Source: Eledone cirrhosa
Taxonomy: Eukaryota
Direction of reading: 5' to 3'
DNA length: 64,000 nucleotides
Assembly (NCBI GenBank): GCA_964016885.1
Contig: OZ024742.1
Span: 120,156,001-120,220,000 of the forward strand
In this document: piece after piece, positions 24,400 to 35,795 of the stretch
How the letters are laid out: each line of letters opens with the position of its first letter
Position numbering within the stretch: position 1 is the stretch's first letter
Position numbers and translations under genes: made by a program
Notes under the pieces: generated by a model
Databases searched by the model: none
Seen by the model: only the letters and a program-made list of their open reading frames with translations
Told to the model about the DNA's origin: nothing

Positions 24400-26861
24400 A
24401 ATCATCATCATCACAGTTTTACATCCATTTTTCCAAGCTAGCATGGGTTAGACGAGTTGTCCTGTTGTGAGCAATGCTAGGTCAAGTGACCATTTCTTGC
24501 TCATACAGAACTTATATATATATATGCAATGGTTTCAGGTTCATTCCCATAGTGTGACACCAAGGACATGTGTCTTCTACTGGAGTCTCAGCAGGTCTCT
24601 ATTCAGAAATAACATAACAATACATATGGAATGACCTGGGTCACAGAGAACAAGCACAATAACATTATAGATATAAATAGAGTTGTTTTACTATATAATG
24701 ATATAATGAAAACACATTTGGAAAGGTAGTTATTAACTTCTTCACAAAAGAAACTGAGGTTTAAATCAGATAAAGGCATGTCTTCTACTAATGTCATTGT
24801 GTGTGGGCATTCATTATGTTCGCATGTAGGGAAAACATTTTTCTTCTTACAATTAAGCATCATTAAATTAAAAAGACAGTAGATAAGTGGCTAAAATGTT
24901 ATGTTCTTGAACTACTAGTCTATAAGCCATTTAATTGGAAATTACATACTACATTATAGTTTGGATTAAGAAGGGTATTACACTTTAGAATGATTCCTTC
25001 AAATACCTATGCAAATATCTAAACCAGCGTTTATTTTTATTTGGGATCCTGCAGTGTTTTGCTATCACCACTTACAGTACCTAAGAAAGACAGACATATT
25101 TATAAAACTAAGCTTGGTATATTGATATCATATAATAAATAAGTTTCTAAAAGAAAATTATCTATGTATGTCATAGATTAAGATATAGAATTTGTGGATT
25201 GTCAGGGGAAAAAATGTTCACTCACAGAAAATAAAGCCTAAAAGTCAAATAAATCATAAAAAAATTGTTTAAATGTGCATTGAAAATTATTGCTATATAG
25301 ACATTTATTATTTTCAATAACGGACAATTCGAAGCTGTGCTTCAGCAATAGAAGAATGAGTATGTGTATTTGAGACCACTATATAGATTTATAAACCTAA
25401 CTTGTCTTAAACTAATGATATCATATAATTTCTAGCTATAAGACATAGGAAATTGAAGTGCTGAACAGCTAGAAGAAAATATCCTTAAGCTCCAGAAATA
25501 TAACCATTTACCTCTCAGAAATTTCCTCTCTAATATATTATGTACATAATTTCAACTATGAAATACTGTTCTTATAAATGATCAGCATTCTGAATCAAAA
25601 CAGTACAGATGTCCGAGTGGACAAAAGTACCAAATAACTTGTCAAGAGATTCGAAGTGTATAGCAATCTGGTCAGCAATATAGCAAATAGTCCAGTCCAC
25701 ATACATATAATCATTATAGTACACAGTAAAAACACAGAGTTATAAGTATCAGCAATACAACAACTGTTGCTGTAGGTGCACCTTAAGCTTTCCATTACCA
25801 TATTTCTCATGAAATCATTACATATGATTGTTAAAAATAATTTTGAAAATAAATAATAATTTGGAAGGATTTAGTTAAATAAATTTACTTTCTAAGTATT
25901 TAAGTGTTTGGAACTTATAAGTTCTTACACAAAGTTATGATAGAAGGCTTTTAGATAAATATAAACACTTTAAACCAAACAGTTTTGTATTGTAGAACCA
26001 AGGGCAGCTTTAAGTGGTTTGGTATCAAAAGAGTTAAAGAATGAATCTCATAAGGCTAAGTGGTGCTAACTATATTTCATGCCTACCATTTCTAATCAAA
26101 TCTAGTCAGAGAAAATGAATAAAATACAAAGAGATTGTTCTCTTCTTTAAATAAATATTTCTTAGCAATAAATATCTTTATAGTTACAGATATAATTTTA
26201 GTTATCTTAAATTTTATCTAATATTGTTACAACATTAATATCTTGTTATCTAAACTTTCTCATTCGAACCCAACTTTAGAAAGCAATACACTATACTAGT
26301 TAATCTACTACAGATTAGTGGTAAGACTTCTAAATGCAACATTGTGCACCAAATTGACATAATTTTAAAATATTTTATTTATTTATTCATTTTTAGTAGA
26401 GCAGCCACACTCGATATCTCCCTGCAGCTAAATATACAGAGATTTTATAGAAGATACTCAGCTCCTCTAAACAAATTAACTTAATCTTACCATACTTATA
26501 GTTGCTTTCATTCCAGGAAGATCCCTGCATGCTCTTCTCACAATTATATATATATATATATATAAACAGACTCCACTCTCATTAGCATCAATCAAGAGAT
26601 ACTCCAAGAACTACAAAATATTAACTCTAATTCACCAACAAACTTAACTCTACAAGTGAAGAAACAATCCCCAAATACACATCCTATTAAATCAACGACA
26701 ATATCAATAACTTATGTGAAACAATAAAAACACACCTGAATAACCTGAATAACAACACAAACCCTATTCAAACGAATGAAAATACACATGACACTAATAC
26801 ACTTACAACTTACCAAATAAAAAACAAATTAATACCACAATGGTACACATCCTTTTGGAAG

Positions 26862-28055
26862 ATGATACAAAACAATAACAAAGCCGAGATCTATGAAAAA
26901 TGGATTAACTCATCTCCATTAATCAACCCCCGCAAACTACAAATTAAATCCATCCCAAACGAACCAGGGACACAAAGACGCCTTAGGGAAAGAATGGCAC
27001 TTGATAACATAAAAACCGAAATTGAACTCCTTAAATTGAGAGCCCAAGCAAATGAAGATAGGATCAAATCAATCGATGATGAGATTAATCTAGCAATAAT
27101 CAATATAACCAAAGACACCACCCTAGAAAATATTTCAAAATTATGGTTAGAGGACTGTAATAAGGAAGAATTAAAATCCCTTCAACGCTGGGAAATAAAC
27201 GAAACCTGGTTCTCTAACTATGAAACACTTTTCCAAAAAGAACACACATCCAAGAACCCCTTCATTAAAACCATAATAACAAGAAAACTCAATCAACACC
27301 CAAACACCACACAACAACCAACAACAACAAAAAAACAATACCTCCCCACATACCAACAAAAGAAGGCATCACCTCCCTCCTACCTCCTACATCCTCCACA
27401 CAACTACCACACGGACTCCCAAGCAACAAATATAGTAATAGAGAAACATCAGCTACAAGATAGACACTACAACTTCTCTCCTACCAGGAGAAACCATAAA
27501 ATCCCCCACACTTACAACCCCCTAACATCCCCACAACAAACCCACAACCATCATTACTTCCAACATAGAACCCAAAATACACAACTACCACACATGTCAC
27601 ACAGGGCCTCACAACCACACACCAGCTATAAGGAAACCCTAATCTACCCTCCCCCACTAACCACATCCTACTACAACAAACCCAGCAGGGGACAATACAA
27701 CCACACGAGACACCCTAACCACTACAACCACCATAGCTACACACCATATAACAGCAACAACAGGACTCAATATGACCACACAAGACAACCCTACTACAAC
27801 TACCACCAAGTCAACACAACCATACGATACAACCCAACTTCAACAACCACCACAACTTCACACCCTATAACCACGTCCATCAAATCTACACACCCTAAAA
27901 CAACATCAGCCAGGCTCAATACAACCACACAATACAACTTAAACTCAACAACCACCACAGCTACACACCATCTTACAACAACAGCCGGGGCCAATACAAC
28001 TCTAAGAGACATCCAAACTTCAACAGCCATCACAACTTCCGTAATCATTTTTTAG
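26862..28055 (+). CDS. PLE upstream ORF, 397 aa: helical N-half and His/Thr/Tyr/Gln-rich low-complexity C-half
   Basis: Long stop-free frame with the same A/C strand bias as the downstream RT; its end overlaps the start of the RT frame. Confidence 0.6.
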   Translation: MIQNNNKAEIYEKWINSSPLINPRKLQIKSIPNEPGTQRRLRERMALDNIKTEIELLKLRAQANEDRIKSIDDEINLAIINITKDTTLENISKLWLEDCNKEELKSLQRWEINETWFSNYETLFQKEHTSKNPFIKTIITRKLNQHPNTTQQPTTTKKQYLPTYQQKKASPPSYLLHPPHNYHTDSQATNIVIEKHQLQDRHYNFSPTRRNHKIPHTYNPLTSPQQTHNHHYFQHRTQNTQLPHMSHRASQPHTSYKETLIYPPPLTTSYYNKPSRGQYNHTRHPNHYNHHSYTPYNSNNRTQYDHTRQPYYNYHQVNTTIRYNPTSTTTTTSHPITTSIKSTHPKTTSARLNTTTQYNLNSTTTTATHHLTTTAGANTTLRDIQTSTAITTSVIIF

Positions 28056-30374
28056 ACACAGCACACAGACACAGGATTACAAGATAACACAAAACACACA
28101 GGAGACACAAAATGCAATAAAAATTGTCAATTTAACCTCTAAAGAATTAACAATAGACCAAATCAACATACTCTCCAAAGGTCTAAAATTTACACCAACT
28201 CCCCAACAACCAAACTACCCCGAAATGAAGGAAGATATTGCAGAATTCTGTAGAAAACTAAGACTCAGCGAGCAACTATATGACAAATACAATGAGGATG
28301 ACTCAATAGCCAGAAATAGAAGCAACTACACTCCACCAAAAGGCAAGAATAAATTCCTTGATCAATTCTGGGAACACATTACTAATTACCCATACTACCA
28401 CCTACACAAACATAAACAAAAACCAAACCTAAGCAAAAAAGAATGGAATGGTCTTAACAGTCTAAAAAACGACAAAACCCTAACAATCAAAGAGGCAGAT
28501 AAAGGGAGTGCAGTAATTCATATGGGGACAGATTACTACACGACTCTAGTACTCTCAACTCTAGAAAACCAAACATATTATGAAAAGGCCCAACACTACA
28601 CACAACAGAAAATAATGAGAAACCTAAAATCCTTAACACTCCTTTACAAAGAAGGCCTTACAGACAAGGAATACAACTACATCACCAATTTCAAAAGCAG
28701 AACCAGCCTCTTCTATGGTATCCCCAAGACACACAAAAACGAAGTAATAGGTAGGACCTGCAAGCAAGCCACAGACGTTTACATCAATATAGCCCCTCCT
28801 GATGACCTTAAATTAAGACCCATAATAGCAGGCACCACATGTGAAATCACCGCCTAAGCAACTTCCTAGATATTCTGCTTAAACCTTTCCTAAAACACAT
28901 AAAAAGCTTCATAAGGGACGACCTTGACATGCTCAACCGCCTCCCAACAACACTCAATAATGAACATACCCTACTAGTAACCTTTGATGTCATCAATTTA
29001 TATTCCAATATCCCACACAACCTAGGTATAGAGGCAATACAATTCTGGATGGAAAATTTCCCTAGTGAACTCCCACAGCGCATCCCTAAAGAATTTGTGT
29101 TGGAGGGACTCAAATTCATCTTGGAAAACAATTTCTTCGAATTCAATGCCAAATACTACAGACAGAAATCTGGGACTGCCATGCCCCCTCATACACCAAC
29201 CATGTCATGGGATATTTGGAAACCACTCTCTACTGCAAAGTTCTAGACAAATACGGCGACCACTTCTACCAACACATAGAAAAGAACTGGAAGAGATATC
29301 TGGACGACTGCTTCATCTTCTGGCATAAAAGTATAGATAGACTGTTTGAGTTCAAAACCCTTCTGAATGGACTCAACACAAACTTACAATTCACAATGGA
29401 TTACAGCCATGAACAACTCCCTTTCCTCGACATCCTCATCAAGAAAACAAGTAACAAAATAGAAACAGACATATACTACAAACCCACAGACTCCAAACAA
29501 TACCTTCCATTCAACTCGTGCCACCATCGCCATACCAAAATGGCAATTCCTTATAACCTAGCCAGAAGGATCTGCACAATAGTTTCAGATAAATACACAT
29601 GCTACACGCGACTAGAAGAATTAAAAAACACACTTATCAGCAGAAACTACCCACCATCCCTAATCAACAATGGATTCCAACGTGCTCTAAAACTAGACAT
29701 CCAGGAACTCAGACACCCCAAACCCAGGAATGAACCGCAACAGAAAACTCTACCATACATCTCCACACACAACCCCCTCAACAACGAGGCATTCGACACC
29801 ATCCTCCAGAACATTCCTTTACTAAAAAGAGACCCAAGAATGAACAATATCTTCCAAACACACAACATCATAAAGAGCAAAAGACAACCTAAATCCATAA
29901 AAAACATCCTCACACAAGCCAAAATCCAACAAACCCTCACAATGAACCCAACAGTAACAAAATGCGGAAGGCCCAACTGTGGCATATGCATAAATCTAAT
30001 AGAAGGTTCAACATTCCATTTAAACAAGGACAACATTTAACAGTTAAACACAACTTTACATGCGCATCTGAAAACCTATAATCTATGTTTTGATCTGCTC
30101 AGGTTGTCAAGAGCACTACATAGGACAGACAAACAACAGCCTCCGTCAACGTATGACCATCCATAAATCACAAATTAAAATACAGGAATACAGAAAGATT
30201 GCATTTAGTGAACATATCGCCAATTGTGCTCACAACCAACATCCAAACTTTAAAATTTTCCCCATTTACAAATTCATAGACAACGCTACTTTCATCCAAT
30301 GTACCAATAAGGAAACATATTTCATTAACAAATTCCAACCTCTACTTAATGTTATAAAAATCGGACCAATCTAA
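28045..30374 (+). pseudogene. PLE RT plus GIY-YIG endonuclease ORF, broken by frameshifts
   Basis: Fragments 28225-28857, 28929-29246, 29207-30040 and 30090-30374 carry consecutive domains; the first frame is open from 28045. Confidence 0.9.
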
Positions 30375-30756
30375 AACTGCAACAAACAATCAAACATTTA
30401 CACCCTACCTAATCCTTTTTCTTAAATAAATTAAATATCATCCAGCAAGAATTGCTTCCCTCTGCATATTAACTCTCTAAAAAGGGAAATCATATCAAAC
30501 CTCAGTTCACCATTTGCCTCCATCATGGAATCATGGATCAACTAAGCACTCTTGCTATATTAACACATTTTGATCTGCTTAACTTCAATAATTATGCCTG
30601 TAAATAACATTATTTTTTCTTCCACATTGACTTCTTATGCCCTTCATTATACGTTTTGTTTTCCTTCTTCTTTTCACTTCATAAATCTTGTTTGTAAATA
30701 ACATTATTCTTTCTGCACCTTCTCTTTAACATGTGCGACACCACACTAATACATTT

Positions 30757-30805
30757 CACTATCATTTGATAATGCATAAAAATGCTGAAACCGGTAATAG
30801 ACAAT
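30757..30805 (+). ncRNA. Minimal hammerhead-like motif (U3-A8 core variant) in the PLE 3' end
   Basis: TTGATAA(30766-30772)-T-GCA(TAAAAA)TGC-T-GAAA-CCGG-TA; palindromic stem III; weak stem I. Confidence 0.55.
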
Positions 30806-31041
30806 TATTAAATATATAAATAGATAAATAAATGCCATTGTTAAATAATAAATAAATCAACTAATACCTTAACACTTCACACAAAGTAAAACATTTCGTT
30901 TTAATCATTTTCTAACCCAGAAAAAAGAGAGAGAGAAACAAAAAAGGAAGAAAATATATTTTTCTTCCTAATAATCGTCTCTTGCTCCCTGTTTTCATAT
31001 ATATATATATATATACGATATTAATAAATGGAAACTATATT

Positions 31042-31140
31042 TATAAAACCATATTTATTTCATTATATATATTTCAAGGATACCAAGTTACATTATGGTA
31101 TGCCTTCATCAGACAAAATACAATATATAACAGTTTTATA
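31042..31140 (-). ncRNA. Type I hammerhead ribozyme, left arm, uninterrupted
   Basis: Minus strand TATAAAAC..ATATTGTATTTTGT-CTGATGA-AGGCATACCA(TAATGTAACT)TGGTATCCTT-GAAA-TATATA-TA^ATGAAATAAATAT..GTTTTATA; long stems I and II; predicted cut between 31064 and 31063. Confidence 0.8.
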
Positions 31141-31286
31141 AATAGACATTGACGTACCGCTTTTAAAACAACGGTCAATTTTTAAAAGGGGTACGTCAAT
31201 GTCTATTTATAAAACTGTTATATATTGTATTTTGTCTGATGAAGGCATACCATAATGTAACTTGGTATCCTTGAAATATATATAAT

Positions 31287-31467
31287 TGTTTCTACTTTTG
31301 GCACAAGGCCAGCAATTACCCAGTACATTACTGGTACTTTATTTTATCGACCCCGTAAGGATGAAAGGCAAAGTTAACCTCGGTGGGATTTGAACTCAGA
31401 ATGGCAAGGGCCGTAACTCTATGCATCAAAGCATGGCATCCAACCCTCTACCGATACTGCCAATTCA
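31287..31467 (-). mobile_element. Full-length tRNA-derived SINE (Meta/MESC-like core) with 16-18 bp target-site duplication
   Basis: Minus strand A-box TGGCAGTATCGG, B-box GAGTTCAAATCC, core CCTTTCATCCTTACGGGGTCGATAAAAT; duplication CCTTGAAATATATATAAT at 31269-31286 and 31468-31485. Confidence 0.92.
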
Positions 31468-31639
31468 CCTTGAAATATATATAATGAAATAAATATGGTT
31501 TTATAAATATAGTTTCCATTTATTAATATAGTATATCTACTCCAAATATTTGTCGAGTGCTTTATATCAGTTATAAAAATATTTGCTTGTTGTATCCCAA
31601 CAGTTTAAATAAAACTTTTGCATATATATATATATATAA

Positions 31640-32510
31640 TACCACTATTAGCTGCTAAAGGGTTCTCCCTAAAAATGAAAGGCAGGTTGTACGATGCCTG
31701 CATACGAACAGCAATGCTGCATGGCAGTGAGACCTGGGCATTGTGTGCAGAGGATATACGCAGACTAGAGAGGAACGAAGCTTGCATGCTCCGCTGGATG
31801 TGTAACAGTAATATACGTGAACGGCAAAGCATAAATGAACTAAGGAAAAAATTAGAGATAAGAGGGATCAGATGTTGTTTACTCGAGAGAAGGCTACGTT
31901 GGTATGGACACGTGATGCGCATGAAAGTCGATAGCTGTATAACAAAGTGCAGGGCAATAAAGATAGACGGTAGTCACGGAATAGGCAGACCTAGAAAAAT
32001 CTGGGACGAGCTGATAAACTCCGACATCACACACTTACACCTCTCCAAGACAATGTCACTGGACCGAGACCTTTGGCGGTACTCAGTAACAGAGAAGACC
32101 CGCCTTACCTAAATATATAGTAAAACCTACTCCAGCCAGTAGGCATCTCTAACAAAATACACCCCGTCCCACCACCACCACCCCCACCCCATCCACACCA
32201 CCCCGTTCTATGTAAAGTTATGTTGGTGCCGCGCCATCCAGGCCGAAACAAATGAGATCGTGTAGGTGTCACGACAAAAAAACACACAGTCCACGCTGTA
32301 ATGTGGCCGTGTAGGCAACACGGTAAAAACCTCCCAGACCCACACTGTAAATGTGGTTGGTGTTAGGAAGGGCATCCAACTGTAGAAAACCTGCCAGACA
32401 GTCCTATGCGAGCAAGACAATCACTCTTGCCTCATGTGGGACTACCCCCGTCCAAACCCATGCAAGCGTGGAACACGGACGTTAAACGTTGATGATGATG
32501 ATGATGATGA

Positions 32511-32513
<3 letters not shown>
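31640..32513 (+). mobile_element. RTE LINE 3' fragment
   Basis: KGRLYDACIRTAMLHGSETW..RRLRWYGHV; (GAT)n tail; (TA)n on both sides; nearly identical to 23611-24397. Confidence 0.95.
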
Positions 32514-32570
<57 letters not shown>

Positions 32571-32788
32571 CAATAAATAAAAAAGGGAAAACAATCTAAA
32601 AAACACAAGCGACAGGTGGCAGGATTTGAAATCAAAATAATCAGGTCAGTATTCAATATCCAATATTTCATGTAGCTTAGTTAAATTCTTTTTTTTTTTA
32701 GTAATAGAAATCAAATCTCTAATAAAAAAAACTTATTACCATAGTTGCAGGCATGGCTGTTTAGTTAAAGAATTTGTGCCATAACCTT

Positions 32789-34123
32789 GTGGTTTCTAGT
32801 TTACTACCACCATGTGGTTTCTAGTTTACTACTACCATGTGGTTTCTAGTTTACTACTCCCATGGGGTGTCTAGTTTACTATCACCATGTGGTGTCTAGC
32901 TTACTACCACCATGGGGTTTCTAGTTTACTACCACCATGGGGTTTCTAGTTTACTACCACCACATAGTTTCTAGTTTACTACCACCATGTGGTTTCTAGT
33001 TTACTACCACCATGGGGTTTCTAGTTTACTACTACCATGTGGTTTCTAGTTTACTACTCCCACGGGGTGTCTAGTTTACTACCACCATGTGGTTTCTAGT
33101 TTATTACCACCATGTGGTTTCTAGTTTACTACTACCATGTGGTTTCTAGTTTACTACCACCACGTGGTTTCTAGTTTACCACCACCACGTGGTTTCTAGT
33201 TTACTACCACCATGTGGTTTCTAGTTTACTACCACCATGTGGTTTCTAGTTTACTACCACCATGTGGTTTCTAGTTTACTACTACCATGTGGTTTCTAGT
33301 TTACTACCACCATGTGGTGTCTAGTTTACTACCACCATGTGGTTTCTAGTTTACTACCACCATGGGGTTTCTAGTTTACTACCACCACGTGGTTTCTAGT
33401 TTACTACCACCATGTGGTTTCTAGTTTACTACCACCATGTGGTTTCTAGTTTACTACCACCATGTGGTTTCTAGTTTACTACTACCATCTGGTTTCTAGT
33501 TTACTACTACCGTGTGGTTTCTAGTTTATTACTACCATGTGGTTTCTAGTTTACTACTCCCATGGGGTGTCTAGTTTACTATCACCATGTGGTGTCTAGT
33601 TTACTACCACCATGTGGTGTCTAGCTTACTACCACCATGGGGTTTCTAGTTTAGTTTACTACTACCATGGGGTTTCTAGTTTACTACCACCATGTGGTTT
33701 CTAGTTTACTACCACCATGTGGTTTCTAGTTTACTACCACCATGTAGTTTCTAGTTTACTACCACCATGGGGTTTCTAGTTTACTACCACCATGGGTTTT
33801 CTAGTTTACTACCACCATGTAGTTTCTAGTTTACTACCACCATATGGTTTCTAGTTTACTACCACCATGTGGTTTCTAGTTTACTACCACCATGTGGTTT
33901 CTAGTTTACTACCACTATGGGTTTTCTAGTTTACTACCACCATGTGGTTTCTAGTTTACTACCACCATGTGCTTTCTAGTTTACTACCACCATGTGCTTT
34001 CTAGTTTACTACCACCATGTGCTTTCTAGTTTACTACCACCACGTGGTTTCTAGTTTACTACCACCACGTGGTTTCTAGTTTACTACCACCATGTGGTTT
34101 CTAGTTTACTACCACCATGTGGT
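32789..34123. repeat. 25-bp minisatellite, ~53 copies
   Basis: Unit CATGTGGTTTCTAGTTTACTACCAC, head-to-tail with no spacers. Confidence 0.98.
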
Positions 34124-34219
34124 ACCTTGGACAAGTGTCTTTCACTATAGCCTCAGGTTGACAAATGCTTTGTGAGTAAAATTTGGTAAATGGAAAATAC
34201 AGAAGACCATCGTGTATGC

Positions 34220-34535
34220 ATGTATGTTGTGTGTACGTATATATGCTGTGTGTATGTATGTATGTTGTGTGTACATATGTACGTTGTGTGTACATATGTA
34301 TGTCGTGTGTACATATGTATGTTGTGTGTACATATGTATGTTGTGTGTACATATGTATGTTGTGTTTACATATGTATGTTGTGTGTACATATGTATGTTG
34401 TGTGTACATATGTATGTTGTGTGTACATATGTATGTTGTGTGTACATATGTATGTTGTGTGTACATATGTATGTTGTGTGTACGTATATATGCTGTGTGT
34501 ATGTATGTATGTTGTGTGTACATATGAATGTTGTA
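34220..34535. repeat. 19-bp minisatellite, ~16 copies
   Basis: Unit GTGTGTACATATGTATGTT. Confidence 0.95.
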
Positions 34536-35795
34536 TGTGTCTGGGTTTACATTTGTGTCGGTGTTTATGCCCTATAATTTAGCATTTTAACAAAAAAGTG
34601 ATGGACAAAATAAGTACTAGACTTGGAAAAATAAGTACTGGGGTGTGTATCATTGATTAAATCCTTTTAAAGCAGGGCCTCAAGATGGTCACAATCTAAT
34701 GACTGAAACCAGTAAAAGAGTAAAAGTATTTGTCACGTGCAAGTGGTTACAAGTGCTCCATGTAAATTAAAACCATGCTGAAGATGGAAAGGATGAGGGA
34801 GGGGTGAATCTATGATAAAATTTACAACTCCCCCTTTCACTAACACACACAAAAAAACAAAAAAACAAGGTATGAAATCAACTGGTTGGAAATCCAAATA
34901 TATAAAGATGAAAATACTTTTTTATTTTGCCACTTCCAATAACAACTACTAGAGCTACTTTGCTGTTGCTTTAATCCTACATACATCTAAACTACTTTTA
35001 GATAAATCAGCAAAAATACTGTACAATGAGGTTAGAAGGCCAATTAGGTCAGGAATAGGACCAATTTTAAAGAACTATTAATATTTCTATCAACACACTC
35101 AAAATAGACTGCTAACCAAGTTTTTAGTTCCAGCTAGGAGTTTAAAAAAAGATTGCTGTAGCAGATCAATATTTAATGTCTGCAGTGATATTTGTTTTTT
35201 GTTGATTTTAAATAACATCAAAAAGAATAAAATAACAATAACAACAAAACAAAAACTATAAAAAAACAAAAAGACACTGATTCACAATGTAAAATTTAAA
35301 AAAAAATTGGATATTTTTGGTCATTGTTAGTTTAATGTTAGCCCTAGAAAGCACACATATCTTTAAGTAGCTTTCTAGACTAACTTGAAATAAGAAGAAA
35401 GAAATTTAATCCTTAAAAAAATGTTCAGTTGGGGGTGAGTAGGAAGGTGAACATTTTAGTATTCTTTGAATAAAGCAAGTCAACAATGAAAAGTTACAAT
35501 AAAAGTTGCCAGGTAACAACAGATGTTGGGGAAAAAATGTGTTTTAATTCTACATTGAGCACAACTATTGCTTTAGCTTTTGATCAAAGGTTCATATTAG
35601 CAGACAATAACTCCACTGCTGCCACCACTAAAATATGACCCCACCTGCTAAACCAATAGATTATTAAACACTGACATCAGGAACAATCTAAATACAATAA
35701 TTTTATTTGGACTACTTTAGTTTTAACAAAAATATTCATAAGTGATAATTGCTGAGAATAAAAGACAAAATCAATTTTTTACTTCAGCCCCCATT

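Larger units (their letters stand above)
26564..30996 (+). mobile_element. Penelope-like retroelement (Neptune-like), frameshifted, probably 5'-truncated
   Basis: N-terminal IVNLTS..ILSKGLKFTPTP, IKEADKGSAV, LRPIIAG, FDVINLYSNIP, WKRYLDDCF, LPFLDI, YKPTD; CGRPNCGIC linker; GIY-YIG endonuclease (IYVLICSGCQEHYIGQT..LRQR); bounded by (TA)n on both sides. Confidence 0.93.
31018..31529. repeat. Long foldback element (~140-bp arms) interrupted by a SINE
   Basis: 31018-31158 is the reverse complement of 31190-31286 joined to 31486-31529. Confidence 0.95.
32746..34727 (+). mobile_element. tRNA-derived SINE inflated by two internal minisatellites
   Basis: Head GCAGGCATGGCTGTTTAGTTAAAG, core ACCTTGGACAAGTGTCT..TGTGAGTAAAATTTGG, tail TGACTGAAACCAGTAAAAGA; compare the uninflated copy at 56365-56530. 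Confidence 0.8.

Noticed and set aside
27800-28048. Val-rich antisense ORFs in the PLE
   Set aside because: A by-product of the strong A/C strand bias of the element.
32789-34123. CRISPR-like array
   Set aside because: Head-to-tail 25-mers with no unique spacers, no cas genes, eukaryotic context, and embedded in a SINE.
34101-34582. Cys/His-rich ORFs on both strands
   Set aside because: Translation artefacts of the 19-bp minisatellite.
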